64,000 nucleotides of DNA from an uncultured Armatimonadetes bacterium (GCA_963717145.1 OY970325.1:5024001-5088000); one strand, 5' to 3'. Counted from the stretch's first letter, positions 28,545 to 38,229 are shown. Numbers and translations: made by a program. Notes: generated by a model from the sequence alone, not told the origin.

Positions 28545-29542
28545 CCCGAGATCGTGTCCGCCCCGCTTTCGATGTAAGGCCAGACCATACCATACTTGTA
28601 CTTACTCCCGTGAGCCTTGTGGCACGAAAGGCAAGTCACGGTGTCTCCGACGCCGCCGGTCGTGTTGCTTCCCAGTTGGCTGCCGTACCTGAGTCTCGGC
28701 ACGCCCAGGGCCGAGTCGCCGATATCACCGCCGAAGCCCGTGTAGTCGCCGGGCGTTCCCAATTGCCAGTTCGTGGCGTCTGCGTGGGGGTATGCTCCGC
28801 CGATCTCGACGTTGCTCGGGTGACCCTTGAAGTGGGCAGGGGCGCTCCCCGCAGAATTCTCTGACAGCGCATCGTGACAGTCCGCGCACCAGGAGCTGAT
28901 GTTGTTCTGTGCGTAGAATGCCACGTTTGACGCGTTATAGGCTACAGACGGATTCGGATTCACGATATCAACAGGCGTGGTTTCCTTGATCTGCGTGCCG
29001 ATGAGAATGTCCCACGAGCCCGGATGCCTGGGATTCGGATCCGATATGAGATTCCGGTAGTTCGGGGCGCCGTGAGTATCATGGCAGTCCGAGCAGAGCA
29101 GCCCGCCGGCTTTCGTGTAGGTGCTCGACAGTGGAGCCGTGACTGAGACGGTGGGGCTCACGTCGTGGCCATAGGGATTCGCCGCACCGATAAAGTCGCC
29201 CTGAAAGAAGCCGGCGCTGGATCCGTACTTGCTGTCGTAGGAGTTCGAAACGACATTCGTCGGGCTCGCGGATGTACCGGTCGAGACGATGTCGGGCGCT
29301 CGGGAATCCGTGCCATTGTGACAACTCATACAGAGCCCTATCTGGCCCATGGAGTTCTTCAGCAGATGCTCGGTCGGCGTCAATACCTCGCCCTGGCTGC
29401 TGGCGTGCTGGGTGTGGCAGTCCGAGCAGATGCTCTCGGTGACGTGATGATACTCCCCCGACATTGTGTTCCGAGGAAGAAGCAGGCATACGCCTGCGAC
29501 TGCGACTATGGCGGCTATCAGCCTCTTGGTCTGGAAACGCAT
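28520..29542 (-). CDS. OmcS-like hexaheme cytochrome, paralog 4
   Basis: YH-x6-CSDCHTQH, SAGFF, GHDV, CSDCHDTHG-YRNL, SSWCADCH, VTCLSCHKAHGS, CQQCH. Confidence 0.87.
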   Translation of the reverse strand: MRFQTKRLIAAIVAVAGVCLLLPRNTMSGEYHHVTESICSDCHTQHASSQGEVLTPTEHLLKNSMGQIGLCMSCHNGTDSRAPDIVSTGTSASPTNVVSNSYDSKYGSSAGFFQGDFIGAANPYGHDVSPTVSVTAPLSSTYTKAGGLLCSDCHDTHGAPNYRNLISDPNPRHPGSWDILIGTQIKETTPVDIVNPNPSVAYNASNVAFYAQNNISSWCADCHDALSENSAGSAPAHFKGHPSNVEIGGAYPHADATNWQLGTPGDYTGFGGDIGDSALGVPRLRYGSQLGSNTTGGVGDTVTCLSCHKAHGSKYKYGMVWPYIESGADTISGCQQCHFK

Positions 29543-29570
29543 AAACTGACCCTGCTTCACGCGCACACTC

Positions 29571-29649
29571 TGTCATTCTGAGCGAAGTGAAGAATCCGGC
29601 TGATCGAGCAAGGCGACTCGCTGGATTCTTCACTTCGCTCAGAATGACA
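29571..29649. repeat. Palindromic intergenic element (TGTCATTCTGAGCGAAG type)
   Basis: TGTCATTCTGAGCGAAGTGAAGAATCC...GGATTCTTCACTTCGCTCAGAATGACA; fragments also near 6315 and 56892. Confidence 0.85.
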
Positions 29650-29662
29650 CGTATAATCCGGG

Positions 29663-30649
29663 TTAGAGCCCGGCCGGTCTGAACGGTTCGAAGGGCCGGG
29701 CAAGAGCGAAAACCTGCATCCTGCGGGATCCTGACTCCAGGACGATCACGTGCCCGAAGCTGTCTATATCAGCATCGACAGGGTAGAAGAGCATGCCTTC
29801 GCCCAAGCCGTAGTTGCCGAATCTCCGAAGGAACATGCCGGTCCTGTCAAATACCTTCAGCCCGTGCTGCGCCCTGTCCACAATCCAAATCTGGTCATTC
29901 CGATCCAGGAACATTGCGGTCGGAAACGCCAGATCCTGCTCAGCCTCGCCGTGCAGGCCGAACCGGTACAGGTACTTTCCGTTCCGGTCGAACACCTGGA
30001 TCGGAGGCCCAATGGAATCGAGCACGTATATTCGGCCCTGGCGGTCTACGGCCACATCCTGGAGCATCTTGAACTTATACTGGTCCGACTCGAGAGCCGC
30101 AATGCGGAATCTGATCTTTCTCTGTTTGTCAAACACGCATATCTCGTTGTTGGCCCTATCCACAACATACAGGTTGCCATCCCGGTCGAAGGTCATTCTC
30201 CCGGGCTTGGGCTGCTCATTGCCCTCAACGGCAGGGAGTTCGAGAGTGGTCAGCTCTTCCTTCGCGCCGATGATCTTTATCGGCCCACCCTCGTTCTCGG
30301 CGACGTACACGTCGCCTTTGGAGTCAACTGCCACCGCCAGGGGGGACTTCAGGCCTTGCTTCGGCCCGTATCGGAATCTCGGTATGCCCTGCCGGCTGAA
30401 CGCGTCCAGCGTTCCCGTCTTGACGTCTGACACGTATATCAGCCCTGATCGCTCATTCAGGGCCAGCGAAGCGGGGTCGCCAAACCAGCTCTTGCCATCA
30501 TAGCCATTGACCGCGTAACGGAATGTGAAGTCCTGTTCCGCCTGGTCAAAGACGGCAGCGCGCGAGATGCCGTCTGTGAATGCACAACAGAACAAAACGA
30601 CGACTGCGAGAAGCACTTTCAGAGCCACAACCAACCTGGCTAACCTCAT
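29663..30649 (-). CDS. NHL-repeat beta-propeller, secreted
   Basis: Repeated P..VAVD..G.VYV.D motifs; signal peptide. Confidence 0.9.
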   Translation of the reverse strand: MRLARLVVALKVLLAVVVLFCCAFTDGISRAAVFDQAEQDFTFRYAVNGYDGKSWFGDPASLALNERSGLIYVSDVKTGTLDAFSRQGIPRFRYGPKQGLKSPLAVAVDSKGDVYVAENEGGPIKIIGAKEELTTLELPAVEGNEQPKPGRMTFDRDGNLYVVDRANNEICVFDKQRKIRFRIAALESDQYKFKMLQDVAVDRQGRIYVLDSIGPPIQVFDRNGKYLYRFGLHGEAEQDLAFPTAMFLDRNDQIWIVDRAQHGLKVFDRTGMFLRRFGNYGLGEGMLFYPVDADIDSFGHVIVLESGSRRMQVFALARPFEPFRPAGL

Positions 30650-30737
30650 TCCGCGCCATCCCCGCTGAGAGCAGATGATCGGAATCCGTGCGTCCTTAGC
30701 TCCCGTAAAGCGAAGGGGACTTCAGGCGCAACTGATT

Positions 30738-30913
30738 CTGTGATATTATACACGATTTCCCTCGATTTGTCCAGTCTGAGCGCATTGTGAACGAATTCAC
30801 GAGCCGGGACGGCAGAGGTCAATCGGAACGGGGCAAAAAGCCCGGAATCGCGGGGCGCGCCGTTCGCCAAAAAAAATTTAACCGTACACTAACGTTCGAG
30901 AAGGAATTCACAA
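30738..30913. promoter_or_regulatory. Divergent control region with three Rex-like operators and a leftward sigma70 promoter
   Basis: CTGTGATATTATACACGA (30738), TTGTGAACGAATTCACGA (30785), TCGAGAAGGAATTCACAA (30896); minus-strand TGGACA-N17-TATAAT at 30773-30745. Confidence 0.7.
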
Positions 30914-30966
30914 AGTCACGTGTCGAATCAATGAAACGACGCGAACTCGGTATCAGGGAGGGCTCT

Positions 30967-32913
30967 ATGAGTGCAGTTCTCACAACCTGCGGGTTCTGTA
31001 GCTGCGGATGCGGGGCGTATGTGCAGCAGAGGAATGGTCGTGTCGTCGCCCTATGTCCGAGCACCGGCCACCCCGTTGCGAACGGAAAGCTTTGCACACG
31101 GGGATGGAACGGGATTCCTGCCGTCCTCGGCAGACAAAGGTTGCGCTCGCCGCTCATCAGGAAGGGCGATGCGCTCCAGCCGGCTTCCTGGGATGAGGCA
31201 ATCTCATTCACCGTGTCCTCCCTCCAGCGTTTCTTCCCTGAAACCATCGGCGTCATCGGATCCGCAAAGACCACCAACGAGGAGTGTTACTCGCTCGTCA
31301 AGTTTGCCAGAAGCGTCCTGCACACCCCCAACGTCGACGGCCCGTGTCGGTTCTCCGACGCATCGGTCGTCTCAGGCCTCATGGGTACGGTCGGGACCCC
31401 GGCGGCGCAGGTCACGCTGAACGAGATTCCGACCGCCGGCTCAATGCTCATCGTCGGCGGAAATGCCTTCGAGCAGTTGGCCCACGTCGGCTCGAGGATC
31501 GAGACCGCGAGGGACAACGGCTGCCACATCGTGGTCGCCGATCCTCGGACCACACGTCTGGCGCCGTTCGCCGAGGTGTTCCTCCATCCGCAGGCCGGGA
31601 CCGATCTCGTCTGGGTCCGCGCGCTCCTAAAGACGATAGTTGACCAGGGGCTGCACACGGAGAGCGCTCCAGGCCTCCCGGGCTTCGAGGAACTCAGGGT
31701 GTCGTTGAACGGCTTGTCGGTGGACGACGTGAGCGGGGCCTGCGTGTTGGATGGCGAGAGTCTTAGAGAGGTAGCCCAACTCCTTGCGAGCAATCCGCGA
31801 CCGATCGTCATGTTCGGGCTCGGAGTCCTTCAGCAGGCACAATCGACGCAGATCGTCAGCGCCCTTGCGGACATTGCCATCCTTCTGGGCGGCGCGGTCT
31901 TCCCGCTCAGAGGGCAGAACAACGCTCAGGGCGCCTGCGACATGGGCCTGACCTTCGATCTTCTGCCCGGCTACCGCAGCATGAGCGATCCTGATGCCAG
32001 GAAAACGTGGGAGGTCATCTGGAACTGCGAGCTTCCCTCGTCCCCCGGGATGTCGGCGGTCAACATGATCGAGGCGTGCGGAGACGGCAAGCTGAAGGCG
32101 CTCATGGTCTTCGGCGAAAACGTTGCTCTCTCCGCTCCGAATACCGAGGCGACGCTGGCTGCCCTCGACAAGGTCGATTTCCTCGCAGTTACCGACCTGT
32201 ATCTGACCGAAACCGCTCGGCTGGCGGATGTAGTGTTTCCCGCGTGCTCGTTCCTCGAGAAAGATGGCACGTTCACCAACATCGAGCGACGGGTTCAGAG
32301 GATCCGCAAGGTGCTCGATCCGATCGGTGAGTCGCGGTCCGACCTCGAGATCATCGCCGATCTCGCTTCGGCGCTCGGCAAACAGATCGAGCGCAGTCCG
32401 GCCAAGGTGATGTCGGAGATAGCCGGCGGTATCCCGTTCTACAGGGGCATGTCCTACGATAAGCTTGACCAGGCGTGGGGAGAGCCGTGGCCGATCAGCA
32501 GCGATGGGGCGACGTTGGCTCCAGTACCGGATGGCAGTCCCGCAGCGGCCCCGGCCGGTGACGGCATGTTCAAGCTGATCGCCGACAGGATCAACTACTA
32601 CCAGATGACCGGCACCATGGTTCGCCAGAGCACCGTGCTGGCGCGGGAATACCCGGAGTCGTTCGCCGAGTTGAATGAGTCCGATGCGGAGAGACTGGGC
32701 CTGAGACCGGGATCACCGATCAGGATCTCTTCGGGGTGCGGAAGCATCATGCGAAAGATGCTGCTCAGCGAGTATGTGCCCTCGGGCCACGTCCATGTCC
32801 CGCACTATTTCGGCGGAGACTCGCCGAATGCGCTCGCGTCGTACGACTGCGATCCGATCTCGGGCGTGCCGGTGTACAAGGCGTATTCAGTGAAGGTTGA
32901 GGCGGTGAAATGA
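30967..32913 (+). CDS. FdhF-like molybdopterin oxidoreductase with atypical active site
   Basis: CGFCSCGC...LCTRG 4Fe-4S, SAKTTNEE, LRGQNNAQGACDMG, EKDGTFTN; RFSDA replaces RxC/U-H. Confidence 0.85.
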   Translation: MSAVLTTCGFCSCGCGAYVQQRNGRVVALCPSTGHPVANGKLCTRGWNGIPAVLGRQRLRSPLIRKGDALQPASWDEAISFTVSSLQRFFPETIGVIGSAKTTNEECYSLVKFARSVLHTPNVDGPCRFSDASVVSGLMGTVGTPAAQVTLNEIPTAGSMLIVGGNAFEQLAHVGSRIETARDNGCHIVVADPRTTRLAPFAEVFLHPQAGTDLVWVRALLKTIVDQGLHTESAPGLPGFEELRVSLNGLSVDDVSGACVLDGESLREVAQLLASNPRPIVMFGLGVLQQAQSTQIVSALADIAILLGGAVFPLRGQNNAQGACDMGLTFDLLPGYRSMSDPDARKTWEVIWNCELPSSPGMSAVNMIEACGDGKLKALMVFGENVALSAPNTEATLAALDKVDFLAVTDLYLTETARLADVVFPACSFLEKDGTFTNIERRVQRIRKVLDPIGESRSDLEIIADLASALGKQIERSPAKVMSEIAGGIPFYRGMSYDKLDQAWGEPWPISSDGATLAPVPDGSPAAAPAGDGMFKLIADRINYYQMTGTMVRQSTVLAREYPESFAELNESDAERLGLRPGSPIRISSGCGSIMRKMLLSEYVPSGHVHVPHYFGGDSPNALASYDCDPISGVPVYKAYSVKVEAVK

Positions 32914-33995
32914 GTACTCGCGAAGCCTGGATCCTCAAGAAACCCGATGCGGTCGTGTTCTTCGCCACTCTCGCGAAAGAGATGAGATTGATTGCTCCCA
33001 CACGGCTCTTCGACGGCGACGAGAGGCTCGACGTGATCGACTCGCCGATGGAGATCTACTGGGACTACCGCCATGACCTCTATCCGCCGGGCAAGCGGTT
33101 CATATTCCCTCACTATGAGGACATGTTCCGCTACCTGGACGGCAAGACCGTCGAGATCCAACCGTGCGATGATGCGCCGAAACAGGCGATCATCGGCATC
33201 CGGTCCTGCGACGTCAGCGCCGTCAGATTCCAGGAGAGGTTCTTCGGCGGGCAGATCGTCGATCCGTACTACAAGGCGCGCCTCGACAACACTGTCCTGT
33301 TCAGCCTGGCGTGCAACAAGCCGCCGAAGAAGGAATGCTTCTGCATCTGCTGTAACGCGGGTCCGTGGCTCGACTCAGGCTATGACGTGCAGCTCACAGA
33401 CCTTGGCGACAGGTTCCTGTACGAGGTCGGCTCCGACAAGGGCGCACAGGCTACCGAACCGGTCAGCTACATCCTGGCAAAGGCGGGTGACCGGGATTTC
33501 ATGGAGCAGGACCGGCTTCACCTGCAAGCCGACAGCCTGTTCGAGACCATCTCTTACGTCGCAAAGTCGATCAACTACATATCGGCCGATGATGTGCCGA
33601 ACGCCGTCTGGGAGACGCTGGGATCGACCTGCCATCGTTGCGGCGCCTGCACGAACCTCTGCCCCATCTGTACCTGCTACACGGTCGACGATCTCAAGGT
33701 CGAGGACGACTGCTACGTCCGGTGCAGGTCGTGGGACTCCTGTCAGTACTCGGGTTTCACTCGCGAGGCAAGCGGGCACAACCCGAGACCGACATTCGGC
33801 ACGCGCATACAGCGCCGGTTCTATCACAAGAACAGCTACCAGTACATTACTCGCGACACCACTCATGGGTGCGCCGGATGCGGACGATGCATCAGCGCGT
33901 GTCTGACGAACCTGGGGGTGCCGACCGTCGTGAAACGCCTCCGGAGAATGATGCACGACTATCTCGAACCGCTAGAGACGAAAGCCGAGGTGTAG
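32910..33995 (+). CDS. AsrA/HydB-like Fe-S subunit
   Basis: GIRSCD, CFC, CHRCGACTNLCPICTC, RSWDSC, CAGCGRCISAC. Confidence 0.88.
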   Translation: MSTREAWILKKPDAVVFFATLAKEMRLIAPTRLFDGDERLDVIDSPMEIYWDYRHDLYPPGKRFIFPHYEDMFRYLDGKTVEIQPCDDAPKQAIIGIRSCDVSAVRFQERFFGGQIVDPYYKARLDNTVLFSLACNKPPKKECFCICCNAGPWLDSGYDVQLTDLGDRFLYEVGSDKGAQATEPVSYILAKAGDRDFMEQDRLHLQADSLFETISYVAKSINYISADDVPNAVWETLGSTCHRCGACTNLCPICTCYTVDDLKVEDDCYVRCRSWDSCQYSGFTREASGHNPRPTFGTRIQRRFYHKNSYQYITRDTTHGCAGCGRCISACLTNLGVPTVVKRLRRMMHDYLEPLETKAEV

Positions 33996-33998
33996 GAC

Positions 33999-34883
33999 AT
34001 GGAACTGACCGCTGCCAAACCGGCAAAAATGTGGGGCGTCACCGATAATCCGAGCGGCAACCTCTATGTTCCGATGATCGCCGTGATCGAGGATATCATC
34101 GACGAAACCCCCGATACCAAGACTTTCAAGCTGGCATTCGAGGACAAGGAATACGCCGGGTCGTTCTCCTGGGAGCCTGGTCAGTTCGTCGAGGTGACCA
34201 TCTTCGGCGCAGGGGAAGCCCCGATCGGGTTCGCATCGAGCCCGCTGGAAAAGGACTTCTTCGAGCTTACAGTTGTCGAACGCGGGGCTGTCACTCAGGC
34301 CATGCACGTGCTCGGGAAAGGCGACAAGGTCGGCATCCGCGGACCTCTCGGCAACTGCTGGCCGCTCGATGCGATCAAGGGCAGAGACATCATCATCATC
34401 AGCGGCGGATGCGGGCTTGCCCCACTTCGGCCCGCGATATTCAAGATTCTGGCCGACCGAAAGGACTACGGGGAGATATGGATGCTCTATGGAGCGCGGA
34501 CCCCGGCCGACCGGGACTTCAAGTATGACCTCGAGGCCTGGTCGAAGCGGGACGATATGCACCTGCTTCAGACAGTCGATATCGCCGACGACACGTGGAC
34601 TGAGAATGTCGGCGTCGTGACCACGCTGTTCGACCGGATCAAGGTTGATGCGGAGAAGGCCGTCGCCCTGATGTGCGGGCCGCCGATCATGATCAAGTTC
34701 GCCACCATCGGGCTCATCAAGACCGGGTTCTCGGAGGACCGTGTGATCACGAGTCTGGAGCGGTATATGAAGTGCGGTGTCGGCAAGTGCGGTCACTGCT
34801 GTGTCAACCATGTCTATATCTGCACGGAGGGCCCGGTGTTCACCTACCGGCAGATGCGCATGTTACCCGAGTTGGGGCTCTGA
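33999..34883 (+). CDS. AsrB/HydG-like FAD/NAD(P)-binding subunit with 2Fe-2S
   Basis: PGQF, GEAPI, RGPLGN, GGCGLAP, CGPP, SLERYMKCGVGKCGHC, CTEGPVF. Confidence 0.9.
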   Translation: MELTAAKPAKMWGVTDNPSGNLYVPMIAVIEDIIDETPDTKTFKLAFEDKEYAGSFSWEPGQFVEVTIFGAGEAPIGFASSPLEKDFFELTVVERGAVTQAMHVLGKGDKVGIRGPLGNCWPLDAIKGRDIIIISGGCGLAPLRPAIFKILADRKDYGEIWMLYGARTPADRDFKYDLEAWSKRDDMHLLQTVDIADDTWTENVGVVTTLFDRIKVDAEKAVALMCGPPIMIKFATIGLIKTGFSEDRVITSLERYMKCGVGKCGHCCVNHVYICTEGPVFTYRQMRMLPELGL

Positions 34884-34887
34884 GATA

Positions 34888-35364
34888 TTGCTGAACGACG
34901 AACTCGAGTCGAGACTTGAAGGCAAAGTCGCAGTCGTAGGGGTCGGCGATGCTCGACGAGGGGACGACGGCGTCGGGCCGCTCGTCGCGGATTTGCTCGC
35001 TCAGGCCGGGGTGGGGGACGTGATCGACAGCGGTGTCTCGCCGGAACTCGACACTTGGAGGCTTCGGGAGATGCGCCCGGACAATATCCTCTTCGTGGAT
35101 GCGGCCACGATCGGCGGCTCGCCGGGGGACGTGGCGCTCCTGTCGCCGGCCGAACTGCGCAACACGGGGTTCGACACGCATCGCGCGCCACTCAAGCTGA
35201 CGATGGAGTACCTGGAGAAAGATCTGGGCTGCAGATGTTTTCTGCTGGCGGTCGAGCCGAGGGACGTGAGGCATGGCGCGCCGATGTGCCGGGAAGTCCG
35301 GGCCTCGGCGACCGACCTGGCGGGGATTCTGGTCTCGTCTGTTCTGTCGTCACCATCGCCGTAG
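34888..35364 (+). CDS. hycI: Hydrogenase maturation protease
   Basis: VGVGD-RRGDDGVG, PE, FVDA, DTH. Confidence 0.82.
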   Translation: MLNDELESRLEGKVAVVGVGDARRGDDGVGPLVADLLAQAGVGDVIDSGVSPELDTWRLREMRPDNILFVDAATIGGSPGDVALLSPAELRNTGFDTHRAPLKLTMEYLEKDLGCRCFLLAVEPRDVRHGAPMCREVRASATDLAGILVSSVLSSPSP

Positions 35365-35450
35365 GGGCGTGACTTGTGCCGCCCGGCATGCGGCCACAGG
35401 CGGCACAAGGCACGCCGGGCGGCACAAGGCGCGCCCCTACGGCGATGGTG
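35351..35450. repeat. GTAG-type REP doublet overlapping the hycI stop codon
   Basis: CACCATCGCCGTAGGGGCG...CGCCCCTACGGCGATGGTG. Confidence 0.8.
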
Positions 35451-35487
35451 CGGCGGTGCGGATGAGAGCTGATTGGAGAAAACGGCT

Positions 35488-37171
35488 ATGGAACAACAGG
35501 GATTCTTGATGGACCTGTTCACGCACTTCCCTGATATCATGGAGGACGTCCAGGAACACGTCAAAGACCAGTATGTTCTGACTGTCCCTCGCGATCAACT
35601 GCCGATGCTCGTCAAGCGCGCGGTGAACCAGCTTGGCGCGCGGTTCGTGATCAGCGCGGCTACGGATATGCGCGAGAAGACCGGCGAGTTCCTGGTTTCA
35701 TACATTCTCTCGTTCGACAAGCAGCGGAAGTTCTTCGTCGTCCAATCGGCCGTTCCCGCAAACGATCCAAAGATCGGTTCCGTGACCCCTGATGTCCCTG
35801 CTGCGGGTTGGTCCGAGCGAGAAGCCTTCGACATGATCGGGATCGTGCCGGTGAATCATCCCGATCCGCGCAGATTGATCCTGCCCGACGATTTCCCCGA
35901 GGGCATACATCCTCTTCGCCGGGAGTTCGATTACAACCAGCGATTTGCATCCGAGCCGCAGAATGCCCCTCCGCGACAGGAAGCCCCGGAGGGCACCACG
36001 GTCGTACCGCTCGGCCCCTTCTATCCGACCCTGGAGGAGCCCGCCTACTTCCGGCTGTTCCTCGACGGCGAGCGCGTCGTCGGCTCGGACTACCGCGGTT
36101 TCTACAACCATCGCGCGGTCGAGAAGCTGGGCGACAGTGAGCTGAACTACAACCAGATTCCCTTCGTCGCGCAGCAGATATGCGGGATATGCGGGCAGGT
36201 TCACTCCTGCGGATACTGCCAGGCCGTCGAGGATGCGTGCGGCATAGATGTGCCGATGCGCGCCAAGTACATCCGCTCGCCTGCTCCTGGAGTTGGAGCG
36301 GATCCACAGCCACCTGCTCTGGGTCGGACTGGCCGGACACATCATCGGGTTCGACACCATCCTCATGCAGGCTGGCGCATCCGAGAACCGGTGATGTGGC
36401 TCATGGAGCGCGTCACCGGCAACCGCAAGCACTACTCCTCGAACCTCGTCGGCGGAGTGCGCTTCGACATCGACGAAGCCGCCGTGGAGGACATCAGGCG
36501 CATGCTGGACAAGGTCGAGACCGAGTTCAAGGCTGTTGTCGATGCCGTCGTCCTCGATACGACGATTCTCGCGCGGCTCAAGGGAGTCGGCATCCTCACG
36601 GAAGAAGAGGCGCGTAAGCTGGGCGGTCGTCGGACCGGTGGCACGCGGATCGAACGTGCCCATCGACGCGCGGGTCGATCACCCATACGCGGCCTATGCC
36701 GAACTCGGCGTCCAGATCCAGGTCCAGGACGGCTGCGACATCTGGGCGCGGACCTTGGTCCGGGTGCTCGAGACATTCGAGTCGATCCGGCTCGTGCGGA
36801 AGGTGCTCGACGACATGCCCGGCGGGCCCGATCATGGCGAGTATCGACCACAGCCTGCCTTACGGGAGAGATCGGGCTCTGCTCGGTCGAGGCGGCACGG
36901 GGCGAGGCTCACCATTACGTCCTCAGCGGCGATCGAGAACCGGCCATATCGTTGGCGTGTGAGAGCGCCGACCTATCAGAACCTGCAGGCCGTCGCCTGC
37001 ATGATCGAGGGCGAGCAGCTTGCGGATGTGCCGATAGACCTCGGGAGCTTCGACCCGTGCTTTTCGTGTACCGAGCGCGTCGAGACCCTCGACGTCAACA
37101 CCGACGCGATCAGGATCTATACGAGGGATGAGCTGGAAGAGATGTGCGGGCGAAACGGCGAAAGGACGTAA
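35488..37171 (+). CDS. Group 4 [NiFe]-hydrogenase large subunit with fused NuoC domain (HycE/HyfG-like; several frameshifts)
   Basis: EREAFDM, HPDPRRL, EEP, ICGICG, ELERIHSH, EAARGE, RAPTY, DPCFSCTER plus C-terminal extension. Confidence 0.87.
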
Positions 37172-37177
37172 GGTCAT

Positions 37178-37710
37178 ATGTTCAAGGCCAAGCTGAAGGA
37201 AGCTGTGATCTGCTTCGGGGCGGGCCGGGTGACGCTCAAGTATCCCTTCGAGCCGGCTTTCGCGCCGCCGAAGTTCCGAGGCAAGGTCGAGTTCGACGCC
37301 CGCAAGTGCATCGCGTGCGGCGGATGCGCGAACGTCTGCCCTCCGAGGTGCATCGTGATCGAGGACATCGGCGAGGTCGCACGGATCACATTCCATCTCG
37401 ACAGATGCATCCAGTGCGCGCGGTGCTATGGAGGTCTGCCCGGAGAGCGCGATCTGGCCGACCGAGCAGTTCGAGACCGCCACTCCGGACAAGGCCGACC
37501 TGAAGTCCGAGATGATCCGTCTGGATGTCGAGTTGCCAGCGGTGCGGCCGGTGCTTCGAGATCGACAACGCGATCGACAAGTTCGAGAGCAAGCGCTGGC
37601 GTGGCCGCGGTCCCGGCGAGGAGAACAAGCACGGCATCTTCCCGGTGAAGCCGCCACTCGACTTCATGCCGCACGGGATCGCTGGTGCGGGAGAGGGGGA
37701 CGACTCATGA
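37178..37710 (+). CDS. HycF/NuoI-like Fe-S subunit (frameshifted)
   Basis: TLKYPF, FRG, CIACGGCANVCP, CIQCARC..VCP, CQRC. Confidence 0.82.
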
Positions 37711-38229
37711 TCCGCGAGTTTTACAAGAAGATGTTTCGGTAAGTCGATCTGGCTGCTTCCAGACGAACTGCGGTTCGTGCAACGGCTGCGACATCGAGAT
37801 CATCGACGTGCTGACGCCTTACTATGACGTCGAGCGGTTCGGCATGAAGCTGGTCGGCAGCCCGCGGCACGCGGACGCGCTCGTGATCTCGGGGGGCGTG
37901 AGCAGGCAGGTCGCGCCGGCGCTCAGGCGGCTCTATGAGGCGACCCCGGATCCCAAGGTCGTGATAGCAGTCGGGGCGTGCGCGGTCGGCGGCAACATCT
38001 GGTTCGACACATACAACGTCCTCGGCGGCGCGGACAAGGTGGTGCCGGTGACGGTCTACATCCCCGGTTGCCCGCCGAGGCCGGAAGCGATCGTCTACGG
38101 CGCGGCGCTGGCGCTCGGTCTGGTGCCCAAGAAAGTCGCGGCCAGCACGAGCAGCACCTGCCGCCGGGCTTCGATCTCGAGGAGCACCTGAAGGCCTGGG
38201 AAGACGTGCCGATCATGACGCGGAAGTAG
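37707..38229 (+). CDS. Hydrogenase small subunit, HycG-like (frameshifted at both ends)
   Basis: CGSCNGCDIE, SPRHAD, VGACA, IPGCPPRP. Confidence 0.87.

Noticed and set aside
30967-37171. Selenocysteine recoding in the FdhF-like protein or hydrogenase
   Set aside because: No in-frame TGA at the relevant positions (TCC in the FdhF-like gene; TGC/TGT in DPCFSC)
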